A stretch of DNA of 64,000 bases from Candidatus Tayloriibacteriota bacterium (GTDB lineage: Bacteria > Patescibacteriota > Minisyncoccia > Phycocordibacterales > PALSA-1337), in the NCBI GenBank assembly GCA_903857825.1, contig CAIOGI010000010.1:46542-110541 (forward strand), written 5' to 3'. The notes under the pieces are model-generated. The model was not told the origin of the DNA. It ran no database searches and saw only the letters and a program-made list of their open reading frames with translations. This document shows positions 9,258 through 18,076 of this stretch, one piece after another (the stretch's first letter is position 1; the number at the start of each line of letters is the position of its first letter). The position numbers and the translations under genes are program-made.

Positions 9258-9652
9258 AGTGATTTCTTGAAATATACATAAAGATCAGCAAAAATCTTTG
9301 CGTACGATTCTCTAATTAGCTTCTCGGCCTTTATACTAAGTATTTCATCATAAATATGAGATAATTCGTTTCTCTTATCTAGTGCTTCTAACCACATTTC
9401 TCCATTTTCAATATAGCCTGTTTGTAAAGCTTGCTTAAGCGTATCGCGTGGAGTTTTTAATATAAATCCTTCAAATTCTAGTTTATCATTCATTGTTTTC
9501 CAGGATAATTCAAAAAGAAATTCAAATGTCTGAATTAGCGCAGCACGAAACAAGTCATCGTTTGTTGTATCTTGTTTTAGAGCTCTTAAAAATTGAGAAT
9601 ATGCTTTCTCAAAATTTGAAAATCTTTGTTTCCATCTTTTTTCATTTTTCAT
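9254..9652 (-). CDS. HEPN-domain protein of the HI0074 / nucleotidyltransferase-substrate-binding family (toxin-type partner of MNT)
   Basis: RNELSHIYD fits the HEPN Rx4-6H motif; 132 aa all-helical; ATGA 4-bp overlap with the MNT gene. Confidence 0.75.
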   Translation of the reverse strand: MKNEKRWKQRFSNFEKAYSQFLRALKQDTTNDDLFRAALIQTFEFLFELSWKTMNDKLEFEGFILKTPRDTLKQALQTGYIENGEMWLEALDKRNELSHIYDEILSIKAEKLIRESYAKIFADLYVYFKKSL

Positions 9653-9846
9653 ATCAATACTTTATTATAATTATTAGCTGGTAATACGTGCATAAATACT
9701 GCTTTATCTTGACACGTTTTTTTCTTTAAACTAATAAGAGACCCAGATGATGCAAGAATTTTTTTATAATCAATAGACAAAGCTACCCATTTATTTTCAT
9801 GAGATTTATTAATTAGGCTTAGATTTGGTGCTTTTACTAGTTCCAT
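9649..9846 (-). CDS. small hypothetical protein (65 aa), first gene of the HEPN/MNT operon
   Basis: ORF track; 4-bp overlap with HEPN gene start; family not recognised. Confidence 0.4.
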   Translation of the reverse strand: MELVKAPNLSLINKSHENKWVALSIDYKKILASSGSLISLKKKTCQDKAVFMHVLPANNYNKVLI

Positions 9847-9904
9847 GATGTTATATTATACTATTTTTCAAGTAATTTCAAGCCAAGTATGCTACACTTA
9901 CCTT

Positions 9905-10195
9905 ATGGAAAGCCTTATTCATGCAGACATATTCTTCTTCGTAACAACAGTTATTGTTATTATGCTTGGAATCATACTTGTAGTCATCCTTATCTACATT
10001 GCCATTATACTTGCTGATATTCGTGCAATATCACGTATCGCAAGATCTGAGAGTGCTGATATAGCAGATGATATACATATGATTCGAAGTGAAGTGCAAT
10101 CTGAACTTAGAAGAGGATCATCTGTTATCGCTTCCCTAGTGCGGGTTATTCGTGGTCTCTTTCGTCGAAGAAAGTCACGAATTAATAAAGGTTAA
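9905..10195 (+). CDS. small single-pass membrane protein (listed ORF starts at 9845; ATG at 9905 preferred)
   Basis: one strongly hydrophobic helix (FFFVTTVIVIMLGIILVVILIYIAIIL) then a charged helical tail. Confidence 0.4.
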   Translation: MESLIHADIFFFVTTVIVIMLGIILVVILIYIAIILADIRAISRIARSESADIADDIHMIRSEVQSELRRGSSVIASLVRVIRGLFRRRKSRINKG

Positions 10196-10247
10196 TTCTC
10201 TATTTAATATGAAAAAAGTAAATATAAAGGAAGCGGGAGGTCACAAG

Positions 10248-10580
10248 ATGGCCTTGGGTGTAGGTATTGCTGCAGCAGTAGCGGCTGCTGCAGGTGCATA
10301 CTTTCTGTATGGTTCAGCAAAAGGACCAGCTAGAAGAAAAGCAATCAAGACTTGGTCTATCAAGATGAAAGCAGAAGTAATGGAAGAAGTAGAAAAAATG
10401 CAGGATATAAGTGAGGAAGTATATCATTCAGCGATAGATAAGGTATCAAAGAAATATGCAGACATGAAAGGAATAGATGTAAAGGAGCTGGAGACTACGG
10501 TAAAGCAATTAAAGGGACATTGGAAGGATATAAAGAAGGAAGCGGAGAAGGCAATAAAGAAAGGAGCGAAGCTGGTCTAA
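10248..10580 (+). CDS. YtxH-like small membrane-anchored protein (Gly/Ala-rich TM helix plus coiled coil)
   Basis: MALGVGIAAAVAAAAGAYFLYGSAKGPARRK... resembles the YtxH N-terminus; strong SD gggagg 7 nt before the ATG at 10248 (listed ORF begins at 10152). Confidence 0.55.
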   Translation: MALGVGIAAAVAAAAGAYFLYGSAKGPARRKAIKTWSIKMKAEVMEEVEKMQDISEEVYHSAIDKVSKKYADMKGIDVKELETTVKQLKGHWKDIKKEAEKAIKKGAKLV

Positions 10581-10628
10581 ATATATATGTGCGACAAAAA
10601 ACAAGGCCTTATAATGAGGCTTTTGTTT

Positions 10629-11489
10629 TTACTTATCACTTTTCTTAACAAAATCCTTAGCGAAATTTACCAGATATGTGTATGAAGACTCTGACTCAGC
10701 TATAAATTCTTTTATCTTGTTGAATCTCAAGTCTAAATACTCATGCGCTAAGATGTTTCTAATTTTAGCAAATCTACCTAGAACTTTTGCTTTTTCAAGA
10801 TCAAATCCATTTACTTCAATTAAATTTTCTAATATCGATTTATAAGTATTTGGAATAAGCTTCTTTTCTGAAGCTAAAATAATCTTTGATATGTCGACAC
10901 TTGAATTTACAATATTTTCTACCCACCTTTCCATACTTCTTTTTACATCTCTATCTGTTTGATATTTTATTTGATCCACCTTTTTAAATTTTGAGAAATC
11001 TTTAATTTCTTGTTCTAAAAATTCCACGATCTTTATTAGTCTTTCCTTGTCTGTAAGGCTGAGTGAATTTGACCTCTCTTTGATTTTAATAAAATCATCC
11101 ATATAATCTCTATAATATTCTGCAGCTTCATTTATTACATTTGAAAATCTAGCAAAATATTTAGGGTCTTTCATTATAAGCAATTTCCCATCATTTATGA
11201 TTGAATCGGCAAGGGTTGAAGAAGCCCTATTGAGAACAACCATATCTGTTTTTATTTCAAGAATTTTCTCAATCTCAGACCAAAGCTCATCCTCGCCTTT
11301 ATATGATTTCTCTTCCTCATATTCAACGTCACTAGTCGTTGGCTTAAAATATACAGCAATATCAATATCTGACTCTCTATGCGTCATATCTTTTGCGTAA
11401 GAACCAAAGAGAAAAGCAGCTAGGACATTGTCTTGGGTCTCTAGAAATACTTTTAATTTATCTAGTTTTTCTAGGATTTCTTTGCTCAT
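10629..11489 (-). CDS. fused nucleotidyltransferase (MNT) + HEPN (DUF86/HepT-like) protein
   Basis: N-terminus LFGSYAKDMTHRESDIDIAV (NTase GS...DxD); C-terminus RNILAHEY (HEPN Rx4HxY); 286 aa. Confidence 0.75.
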   Translation of the reverse strand: MSKEILEKLDKLKVFLETQDNVLAAFLFGSYAKDMTHRESDIDIAVYFKPTTSDVEYEEEKSYKGEDELWSEIEKILEIKTDMVVLNRASSTLADSIINDGKLLIMKDPKYFARFSNVINEAAEYYRDYMDDFIKIKERSNSLSLTDKERLIKIVEFLEQEIKDFSKFKKVDQIKYQTDRDVKRSMERWVENIVNSSVDISKIILASEKKLIPNTYKSILENLIEVNGFDLEKAKVLGRFAKIRNILAHEYLDLRFNKIKEFIAESESSYTYLVNFAKDFVKKSDK

Positions 11490-11558
11490 AGTGTAATTCT
11501 ATCGTAATATCATTGTGCATAATAGCTTGACAAGTACTAAATACAGTGTATTATTTAA

Positions 11559-11783
11559 ATGTCAGAGTTCCAAGCAAAATACAATATCATGAAAAGAACA
11601 TTCGCTAATGTCCTACAAGAAGCCAAAGACAAGGGTGCAAAAGTGACAATTTGGTACGTTGCGGGTACGGGGTTGGATTATAGCAATACAATGGAGGTTG
11701 CCGAGGTCGGTAAGGATTTCTTCTCCTCCACTGAGGGTGTCTACATTCCATTCACGGCCATTGCACGCTTATATGTGATGTAA
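11559..11783 (+). CDS. hypothetical small protein (74 aa)
   Basis: ORF track only; no motif. Confidence 0.3.
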   Translation: MSEFQAKYNIMKRTFANVLQEAKDKGAKVTIWYVAGTGLDYSNTMEVAEVGKDFFSSTEGVYIPFTAIARLYVM

Positions 11784-11869
11784 AACTGTACAGGCTAGGT
11801 AACGATGCCTAATAACGAATTTTCGTTACTCGAGGGTGTGCCACATAGTGTGACCGCCTTTTCTTTTAC

Positions 11870-12460
11870 TCAATTTTTATTTCCTCCACCCCCCACCTTC
11901 ACCTTCGGTGCCTTTAGAACCTTACCGTTAAGCTCATATCCTTTTTGTATAACAGTCGTGACCGTATTATTTTTACTTTCATCATCCACCGGTTCATGCT
12001 CTATAGCCTCATCTCTCATTGGATCAAAAGGCTTGCCAGTAGGATCAATTTCTTTCAAACCAAATTCACCTAGAACCTTACTTAGTTGATTAGCTATATA
12101 CTCAACTCCCACTCTCCAATTCTTATCTACCTTTTCCCATACATCTTTATTCCCCATTGCCATATTGAAACTATCTAGAACAGGAATAAGCTCAGAAATT
12201 AAACTTTCATTTGAAAAACGAGCAAAGTCCTTTTGAGCTTCTTGATCTCTTCGGCGAGCATTCACAAATTCAGCCTTATCCTTTTGCCAATTATTAAGAT
12301 ACTCCTGCTTTTCTTCAGTAACTTTCTTTAGCTTTTCTTTTAGGCTTTTTATAACATCAAGACCAGTTTCTTCCTCAACTATTTCATCGACTTCCTTGTC
12401 CACTTCAGTATCTGGCTCTATCACTACATCATCACCATTTGTATTTTTATCTTTATTCAT
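11870..12460 (-). CDS. grpE: nucleotide exchange factor GrpE
   Basis: acidic N-terminus, long coiled coil, C-terminal ...FDPMRDEAIEHEP...VIQKGYELNGKVLKAPKVKV typical of GrpE. Confidence 0.9.
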   Translation of the reverse strand: MNKDKNTNGDDVVIEPDTEVDKEVDEIVEEETGLDVIKSLKEKLKKVTEEKQEYLNNWQKDKAEFVNARRRDQEAQKDFARFSNESLISELIPVLDSFNMAMGNKDVWEKVDKNWRVGVEYIANQLSKVLGEFGLKEIDPTGKPFDPMRDEAIEHEPVDDESKNNTVTTVIQKGYELNGKVLKAPKVKVGGGGNKN

Positions 12461-12623
12461 ATGTTTGTTCTTAGTATATCTATATAAGAAAAATCCGGCA
12501 AGTGCCGTGATTATTCTTTGAAAAGTAAAATTGGACTCGCTTGCTTGCGCTCGGGAGCACTTTATTTTTATACGCAGGCTAGTAAAAATAAAGTCTCCCT
12601 CACCGCGTCGAGTCTCAATTTTA

Positions 12624-13034
12624 CTATCTTTTACTCCACTGAGGAGATTTTCTTGCTTTCTTTAGACCGAACTTTCGGCGTTCCTTTGCTCTTGGATCTC
12701 TCATTAGAAGACCAGCTTTCTTCATTATACCTCTTAGCTCCTTATCGTATTCGATAATAGCTCTAGAAACTCCATGTCTGAATGCATCAGCCTGACCAGC
12801 TATTCCACCACCTTTAATTATTGCAGTAATAGAAAACTTTATTGTTGTAAGTTTTGATGTTGAATATGCTTCTGTTGCTGTATTTTGAAGTTCTTTTGTT
12901 GGAAAATATTCTTCAAGAGTCCTGCCATTTATTTCGTATGACATCTTTGCAGCTGGGGTAATTCTTATACGAGCTACCGCTGTCTTTCTTCGTCCAACTG
13001 TCTCTATGTATTTTTCTTCGTTATTTTTTATCAT
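12624..13034 (-). CDS. rpsI: 30S ribosomal protein S9
   Basis: C-terminus GGGIAGQADAFRHGVSRAI...RDPRAKERRKFGLKKARKSPQWSKR. Confidence 0.95.
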   Translation of the reverse strand: MIKNNEEKYIETVGRRKTAVARIRITPAAKMSYEINGRTLEEYFPTKELQNTATEAYSTSKLTTIKFSITAIIKGGGIAGQADAFRHGVSRAIIEYDKELRGIMKKAGLLMRDPRAKERRKFGLKKARKSPQWSKR

Positions 13035-13035
13035 A

Positions 13036-13404
13036 TTATTCAGTAATAGTTAAATTTTTCATTATTTCCTTCCTAAGGCTATTTGAAGGTAACATTCTGT
13101 ATACAGCTCTTTCGAATACTTCACTAAATCCCTTTCTAGCTATAAGGTCAGAAAGCTTTTCTGAATATATACCACCACGAAAACCAGTATATGTAACATA
13201 CTCTTTATCATTCTTCTTTTTTATATCAATATTTGCCTTTGATGTATTTACAATAGTTACCTTCACTCCAGAAACCTTATTTCTAACAAAAGATGTAGTT
13301 CTTTTTCCCATGAGCAAGGTAGCTGCTTCGCTAGCAACTCTTCCCAATTTCTTATCTTGTGCATCAATAGTATGATTCATAATATTTATTTTATACAAAT
13401 TCAA
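13036..13404 (-). CDS. rplM: 50S ribosomal protein L13 (true start probably the internal Met of MNHTIDAQ...)
   Basis: conserved L13 sequence; ORF track. Confidence 0.93.
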   Translation of the reverse strand: MNLYKINIMNHTIDAQDKKLGRVASEAATLLMGKRTTSFVRNKVSGVKVTIVNTSKANIDIKKKNDKEYVTYTGFRGGIYSEKLSDLIARKGFSEVFERAVYRMLPSNSLRKEIMKNLTITE

Positions 13405-13741
13405 TCACAGCCATCTCTGCTGCATCGAGCACTCGGCGTGAAGTCTTAATAATTCTAGTATAACCACCCTTTCTTTCCTTATACTTAGGTGCGATTGTTT
13501 CGAAAAGAACCTTTGTCTCTTTCTCTCCACCAATCTTCGAAATGACCAATCTTCTTGATGCTGGTGTGCCTGAAATAGCCTTAGTAACCAACTTTTCTAT
13601 ATATGGTCGCAATTCCTTTGCCTTAGCAAGGGTTGTTGAAATCTTACCCTCATTTACAAGATTTCTAGCAAGAGAACGCATCAAAGCGTTTCTCTGATCC
13701 TTCTTCAATCCAAATTTTCTTGTTACTGAATGATGTCGCAT
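13391..13741 (-). CDS. rplQ: 50S ribosomal protein L17
   Basis: MRHHSVTRKFGLKKDQRNALMRSLARNLV... L17 N-terminus. Confidence 0.95.
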   Translation of the reverse strand: MRHHSVTRKFGLKKDQRNALMRSLARNLVNEGKISTTLAKAKELRPYIEKLVTKAISGTPASRRLVISKIGGEKETKVLFETIAPKYKERKGGYTRIIKTSRRVLDAAEMAVIEFV

Positions 13742-13752
13742 GTTATTTAATA

Positions 13753-14721
13753 TTATTTAAGCGTAATACCATAATTAGACAAAACTTTCTTTATTTCCTG
13801 AACCCCCTTACCTCCCAAACCTTCAACATCAAGAATATCAACTTCCTTCTTGCGTGCTAGTCCTCCAACCGTTCTAATATTAGCATTTGAAAGTGCCTTT
13901 ACTGTCCTTGGTGAAAGACCTATAGCATCAATTCTTGTTTTTAAAAATTCAACATCAAGTTCTGGCTTAGTCTCCTCATCTACTGGACTCTCTATGCTTT
14001 CCTCTTTTTCTGAAACAACAACTTCTTCCTCCTTAAATCCAACCATTGCCTTTAGTTGATGAATCATTAGAGTAATTGATTCCTCCAATGCTACCTTTGG
14101 TGTAATAGTACCATCTGTCTCTACAGTTATGCGTAGACGATTGAAATCTGTTCTGTCTCCAACACGCATATTTTCAACTTCGTAGTTTGCCTTCTTTATG
14201 GGTGTAAAAGTAGCATCAAGAGAAATAGTTCCAATATCCACTCTATCTTTTCTTAAAATGTCTTTAGAAACATATCCTAGACCCTTTTCTAATGTTACTT
14301 CAATATCAACATCTGAATTTTTATCTGTAAGTTCAACAATGTGTAGTTCTGGATTCAATATTTCTACTTGACCTGGGATTTCAGCATCTCCTGCTGTTAG
14401 TTTCTTTACACCCTTTGCCTTTAAAGTGATTGTTTGAGGCTCATCTGTGATAAGTTTGATTCTCAATTTCTTAAGATTCAAAAGAATAGTAATAACGTCC
14501 TCCTTTACACCATCAATAGAAGAGAATTCATGCTCAACTCCCTTTATTTTTACTTGTGTTACAGCTGCACCAGGAAGAGAAGAAAGAATTATTCTTCTAA
14601 GAGAATTTCCTAAAGTGTGCCCATAGCCAGGATAAAGACCATCAATTTCATAAGTACCAATAAAGCCATCTTCTCTAATGACCTTTGGTTTTGACGGAAC
14701 TACAATAGCATGATTTGACAT
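13753..14721 (-). CDS. rpoA: DNA-directed RNA polymerase subunit alpha
   Basis: N-terminal alpha dimerisation domain and C-terminal alpha-CTD; 322 aa; position between rpsD and rplQ. Confidence 0.95.
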   Translation of the reverse strand: MSNHAIVVPSKPKVIREDGFIGTYEIDGLYPGYGHTLGNSLRRIILSSLPGAAVTQVKIKGVEHEFSSIDGVKEDVITILLNLKKLRIKLITDEPQTITLKAKGVKKLTAGDAEIPGQVEILNPELHIVELTDKNSDVDIEVTLEKGLGYVSKDILRKDRVDIGTISLDATFTPIKKANYEVENMRVGDRTDFNRLRITVETDGTITPKVALEESITLMIHQLKAMVGFKEEEVVVSEKEESIESPVDEETKPELDVEFLKTRIDAIGLSPRTVKALSNANIRTVGGLARKKEVDILDVEGLGGKGVQEIKKVLSNYGITLK

Positions 14722-14750
14722 ATATTTTTTATTAAAATTAATTATTTATT

Positions 14751-15356
14751 TTAACGGCTATAAAATTCCAAGACTGCACCAGGACTAAATAGGAGTTCTG
14801 AATTTGCAACCTGAGGTAAACCGTCTATTACAATTTCTTTCTTTTCAAAGTTTAATTTTAACCATGCGGGAATCTTTACTATTTTTAGTCTTTCATCAAG
14901 ATTAGCGAATAGACCTTTTTTCTTACTACCTTCTCTGATACTTATAACATCACCAACTTTTACTTGATATGAAGGAATAGTAACAATCTTACCGTTGATT
15001 GTTAGATGACCGTGACATGTCATTTGTCTTGCTGCTTGTCTAGTCGTAGCAAATCCAGCACGAAGAGCAACATTGTCAAATCTACTCTCAAGTAAGGTAA
15101 CAAGTAATTGAGCTGAGTTTCCCTTTTTTTCTGTGGCTTTGTTTACGTAATTTGTAAATTGCTTACTAGTTATTCCATAGCTATATCTTGCCTTTTGTTT
15201 TTCCATTAGACCTATACCGTAATCACTCTTTGCCTTTGGCTTCTTTTTTGAAAATGTTTTATTCTCTGATCTCAAAGCAAACTTCTGAGTTTGAGTTTTC
15301 TCAAATACTGGTGCTCCTAATCTTCTTGCTATCTTGTATCTTTTTTTGATTATCAT
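14751..15356 (-). CDS. rpsD: 30S ribosomal protein S4 (start taken at MIIKKRYKIARRLG, nt 15356; listed ORF runs to 15428 and overlaps rpsK)
   Basis: S4 N-terminal RYxxxxxRRLG motif and S4 domain. Confidence 0.9.
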   Translation of the reverse strand: MIIKKRYKIARRLGAPVFEKTQTQKFALRSENKTFSKKKPKAKSDYGIGLMEKQKARYSYGITSKQFTNYVNKATEKKGNSAQLLVTLLESRFDNVALRAGFATTRQAARQMTCHGHLTINGKIVTIPSYQVKVGDVISIREGSKKKGLFANLDERLKIVKIPAWLKLNFEKKEIVIDGLPQVANSELLFSPGAVLEFYSR

Positions 15357-15372
15357 ATAAAAATGTAATTTA

Positions 15373-15801
15373 TTATACTCTTCGTGGCTTCTTTGGCTGA
15401 GGACCATTAAATGGTACTGGAGTTTCATCCTTTATTGATGAAATAGTAACTCCTTTTGATATAAAACCTCTTATTGCTGATTCTCTTCCTGAACCAACAC
15501 CTTTAACTACTACGTCTATTTCTCTTAGACCTAGAAGTGCAGCCTTAACAGCCAATACCTCTCCGACTTTAGCAGCTGCAAATGGTGTGCCTTTCTTTGC
15601 ACCCTTAAAACCTAATGTTCCGCTAGATGACCACATGACGATATTGCCCTGTTTGTCACCTAACTGTACTTTTGTATTGTTATAAGTAGATTGAACAAAA
15701 AGAATTCCTGTATCTAGATTTTTACGAGAAGAAGAGGTCTGCTTTGGTGCAGATTCTTTTTCTGTCTTATTTTCTTTTGTTGCAATTACTTTTTTTGCCA
15801 T
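15373..15801 (-). CDS. rpsK: 30S ribosomal protein S11
   Basis: conserved S11 core ...GILFVQSTYNNTKVQLGDKQGNIVMWSSSGTLGFKGAKKGTPFAA... Confidence 0.95.
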   Translation of the reverse strand: MAKKVIATKENKTEKESAPKQTSSSRKNLDTGILFVQSTYNNTKVQLGDKQGNIVMWSSSGTLGFKGAKKGTPFAAAKVGEVLAVKAALLGLREIDVVVKGVGSGRESAIRGFISKGVTISSIKDETPVPFNGPQPKKPRRV

Positions 15802-15845
15802 TTTATTTATCTGTGTGTTTTTAGTTATAATTCAATCATTTTAGA

Positions 15846-16226
15846 CTATTTCTTCTCTTCCTTCTTTCTTCCAGATCCCATTGTCTTTCTTGTATTTCCA
15901 CGAATAGTTCTAGAATTAGTCTTTGTTCTCTGTCCTCTAGCGGGTAACCTTTTTGCATGTCTAGATCCTCTATATGTTTTAATGTCCTTTAATCTTTTTA
16001 TATTTGAAGCCACTTCACGTTTCAAGTCGCCCTCTATTTTTAGAGACTCAATAATTTTTCTTATATCATTTTCCTGATCAACTGTTAGATCCTTTGCTTT
16101 TATAGATGGATCAATTTTTGCTTTCTTTAAAATATCAATAGCTCTAGATCTACCTATACCATATAAAGTGGTGAGTGAAATCTCTAATCTTTTTGTATCT
16201 GGAATTGTTATACCTAGTATTCTCAT
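15846..16226 (-). CDS. rpsM: 30S ribosomal protein S13
   Basis: MRILGITIPDTKRLEISLTTLYGIGRSRA... S13. Confidence 0.95.
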   Translation of the reverse strand: MRILGITIPDTKRLEISLTTLYGIGRSRAIDILKKAKIDPSIKAKDLTVDQENDIRKIIESLKIEGDLKREVASNIKRLKDIKTYRGSRHAKRLPARGQRTKTNSRTIRGNTRKTMGSGRKKEEKK

Positions 16227-16240
16227 AAAATTATTATTAA

Positions 16241-16357
16241 TTATCCTTGTCTTTGTTTATGACGAGGGTTTGATTTACAAATTACAAAAATGCAGTTCTT
16301 TCTTCTAACTACACTGCACTTAGGACAAATTTTTTTTACTGAAGCTTTTACTTTCAT
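16241..16357 (-). CDS. rpmJ: 50S ribosomal protein L36 (38 aa; below the ORF-track length cutoff)
   Basis: hand translation of the minus strand: [38 protein letters not shown]; canonical position between infA and rpsM. Confidence 0.85.
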   Translation of the reverse strand: MKVKASVKKICPKCSVVRRKNCIFVICKSNPRHKQRQG

Positions 16358-16378
16358 TCTTAAATATTATTATAAAAA

Positions 16379-16618
16379 TTATAAACGCTTTACAATACGA
16401 GCTCTACCCCCATAAGAATCTAAAGTAAGCTCTACTTTATCTCCTATTAAAACCCTTATTCTATGCATCCTCATCTTACCAGCTAAATATGCAAGGACAA
16501 TCTCATCTTTACCATCAAGCTTTACTCTAAACAATGTATTTGGCAGTGCCTCTGTTACTACTCCAAATGTATTTTGAACAGTACTTTGCTTTATGTTATT
16601 AATTGTGTTTTTGTCCAT
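16379..16618 (-). CDS. infA: translation initiation factor IF-1 (start at MDKNTINN...; listed ORF extends to 16666)
   Basis: ...[45 protein letters not shown]... S1-like IF-1 fold. Confidence 0.9.
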   Translation of the reverse strand: MDKNTINNIKQSTVQNTFGVVTEALPNTLFRVKLDGKDEIVLAYLAGKMRMHRIRVLIGDKVELTLDSYGGRARIVKRL

Positions 16619-16708
16619 TCTTTTGCTCGTTAGAACATAGTAGCAGAAATACCATAATAAAGTCAATACCCCTTGCCATATAATGCAGTTAAATATTGTA
16701 TACCTTTT

Positions 16709-18067
16709 CTATTTATAGTCAATCGTAATATTGTCTGATGAATTTGGAAAACTACGCATCCAGAAGGGTGTGAGTAGAACTTTGACATATTTTATTGACG
16801 GATCATCTTTAATAACAGAGTCAACTTCCTTTAATTTAAGGCCAAGAAGCTTGTTCTTTAGTGTATCTTCTTTAATTATTCCAATTACATTGGCAGGGCC
16901 AGTAAGAGTAAAGCTTAGTGCTGTACCTTTCTTAGCAGAAAAGTCTTTTGTGTTTATTATTGTAAACTTTAGTGACTCCAGACCCTCTATTTTATAATCA
17001 ATTAAACCACTTGTCTGTATCTCTTTTTTAGCAATATAGTTTATTAAGGATTTAGTATTAAATACTACAGCATAAAGAGTACCTTTTGATCCTATATCTG
17101 CAGTATTATCTTGAGCTGTACTTGTTGATGTTTGCAGATACTCAATATTATATGCATTATCAAACATTACAAAACCACTCGGGATTATTGTCTTGATCTT
17201 ATTCAACAACATGGTTTTTAAAGTATTTTCTACTTCTACCATTGTTGATTTTGCTAATTCAGGAGAAATAGTTTTCTTTTTTCCTGAATATCCTCCAATT
17301 ATATCAGTTTTTAATTTTGCGCTAAAAGTATCGTACTTGCTTGTCCCTTTGTATCCTATAAATTTATATGTATCACCTGTGGATACTTTGGCATTATATT
17401 GTTCACCATATTGGTCAGCAATAACTACGACAGAAATTGCTCCTGGAGTTACTTTACCTTGTATTGTTTTCTTACCTGGTATGGTAACTGATGTTAGTGT
17501 TTTATATATGAGTCCATTGCTCGATGACAATCTCGATCCAGCTACAATCTTTTGAGTGGTTGTGCTGTATGAATTGTACAATATAACAGTTCCTTTGGCT
17601 TTTGTTTGTACTAATGCACCATCTACAGCTGGTATTTTCTTATGGAATTCATCAGTTATCGTTATTACCTGATATCCTAGTAAATCTGTATTATTTATGT
17701 CTTTTTTTGCAATAAATTTGCCATCAATATTTAAACTTAACTTTTCTGAAGTTATTGTCACTATAGCTTTAGAATATATAAGTGACAGAGCAAACCCAAT
17801 CATTACAATACATGCTAAGATTCCAAGAAAAATAAATAATTTTTTGAATCTTTTAAGAGGTTTTTCAGAGGACTTTTCTCTTGCTAATGGCTTTAAGCTA
17901 GATATTTTTACTTTTTCCTCTTTACTTAACTCTATTTCATCAAGAGTATCGTCCTCTATCTCGTGTTTTTTTATTTTTTTTCTATCTTCTGTATTCGTCA
18001 ATGGAACCAATCTTATCGATCGTCTTGATGAAGGAATAATATCTTGTACAACTCTTTTTGGTACCAT
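16709..18067 (-). CDS. hypothetical membrane-anchored protein (charged N-terminus, one TM helix, large Ser/Thr/Lys-rich extracytoplasmic domain)
   Basis: ORF track; TM segment LFIFLGILACIVMIGFALSLIY; occupies the position where secY-adk-map usually precede infA. Confidence 0.5.
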   Translation of the reverse strand: MVPKRVVQDIIPSSRRSIRLVPLTNTEDRKKIKKHEIEDDTLDEIELSKEEKVKISSLKPLAREKSSEKPLKRFKKLFIFLGILACIVMIGFALSLIYSKAIVTITSEKLSLNIDGKFIAKKDINNTDLLGYQVITITDEFHKKIPAVDGALVQTKAKGTVILYNSYSTTTQKIVAGSRLSSSNGLIYKTLTSVTIPGKKTIQGKVTPGAISVVVIADQYGEQYNAKVSTGDTYKFIGYKGTSKYDTFSAKLKTDIIGGYSGKKKTISPELAKSTMVEVENTLKTMLLNKIKTIIPSGFVMFDNAYNIEYLQTSTSTAQDNTADIGSKGTLYAVVFNTKSLINYIAKKEIQTSGLIDYKIEGLESLKFTIINTKDFSAKKGTALSFTLTGPANVIGIIKEDTLKNKLLGLKLKEVDSVIKDDPSIKYVKVLLTPFWMRSFPNSSDNITIDYK

Positions 18068-18076
18068 ATTATTTTA

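Noticed and set aside
12461-12623. Possible terminator or ncRNA between rpsI and grpE (gctc-gg-gagc plus T-run on the plus strand)
   Set aside because: The hairpin is too tight (2-nt loop) and no plus-strand gene ends there. The minus-strand reading lacks a clear stem followed by a U-run. Left uncalled.
15357-15428. N-terminal extension of rpsD in the ORF track overlapping rpsK
   Set aside because: The S4 consensus begins at MIIKKRYKIARRLG (15356). The upstream extension overlaps the S11 coding region and is not conserved S4 sequence.
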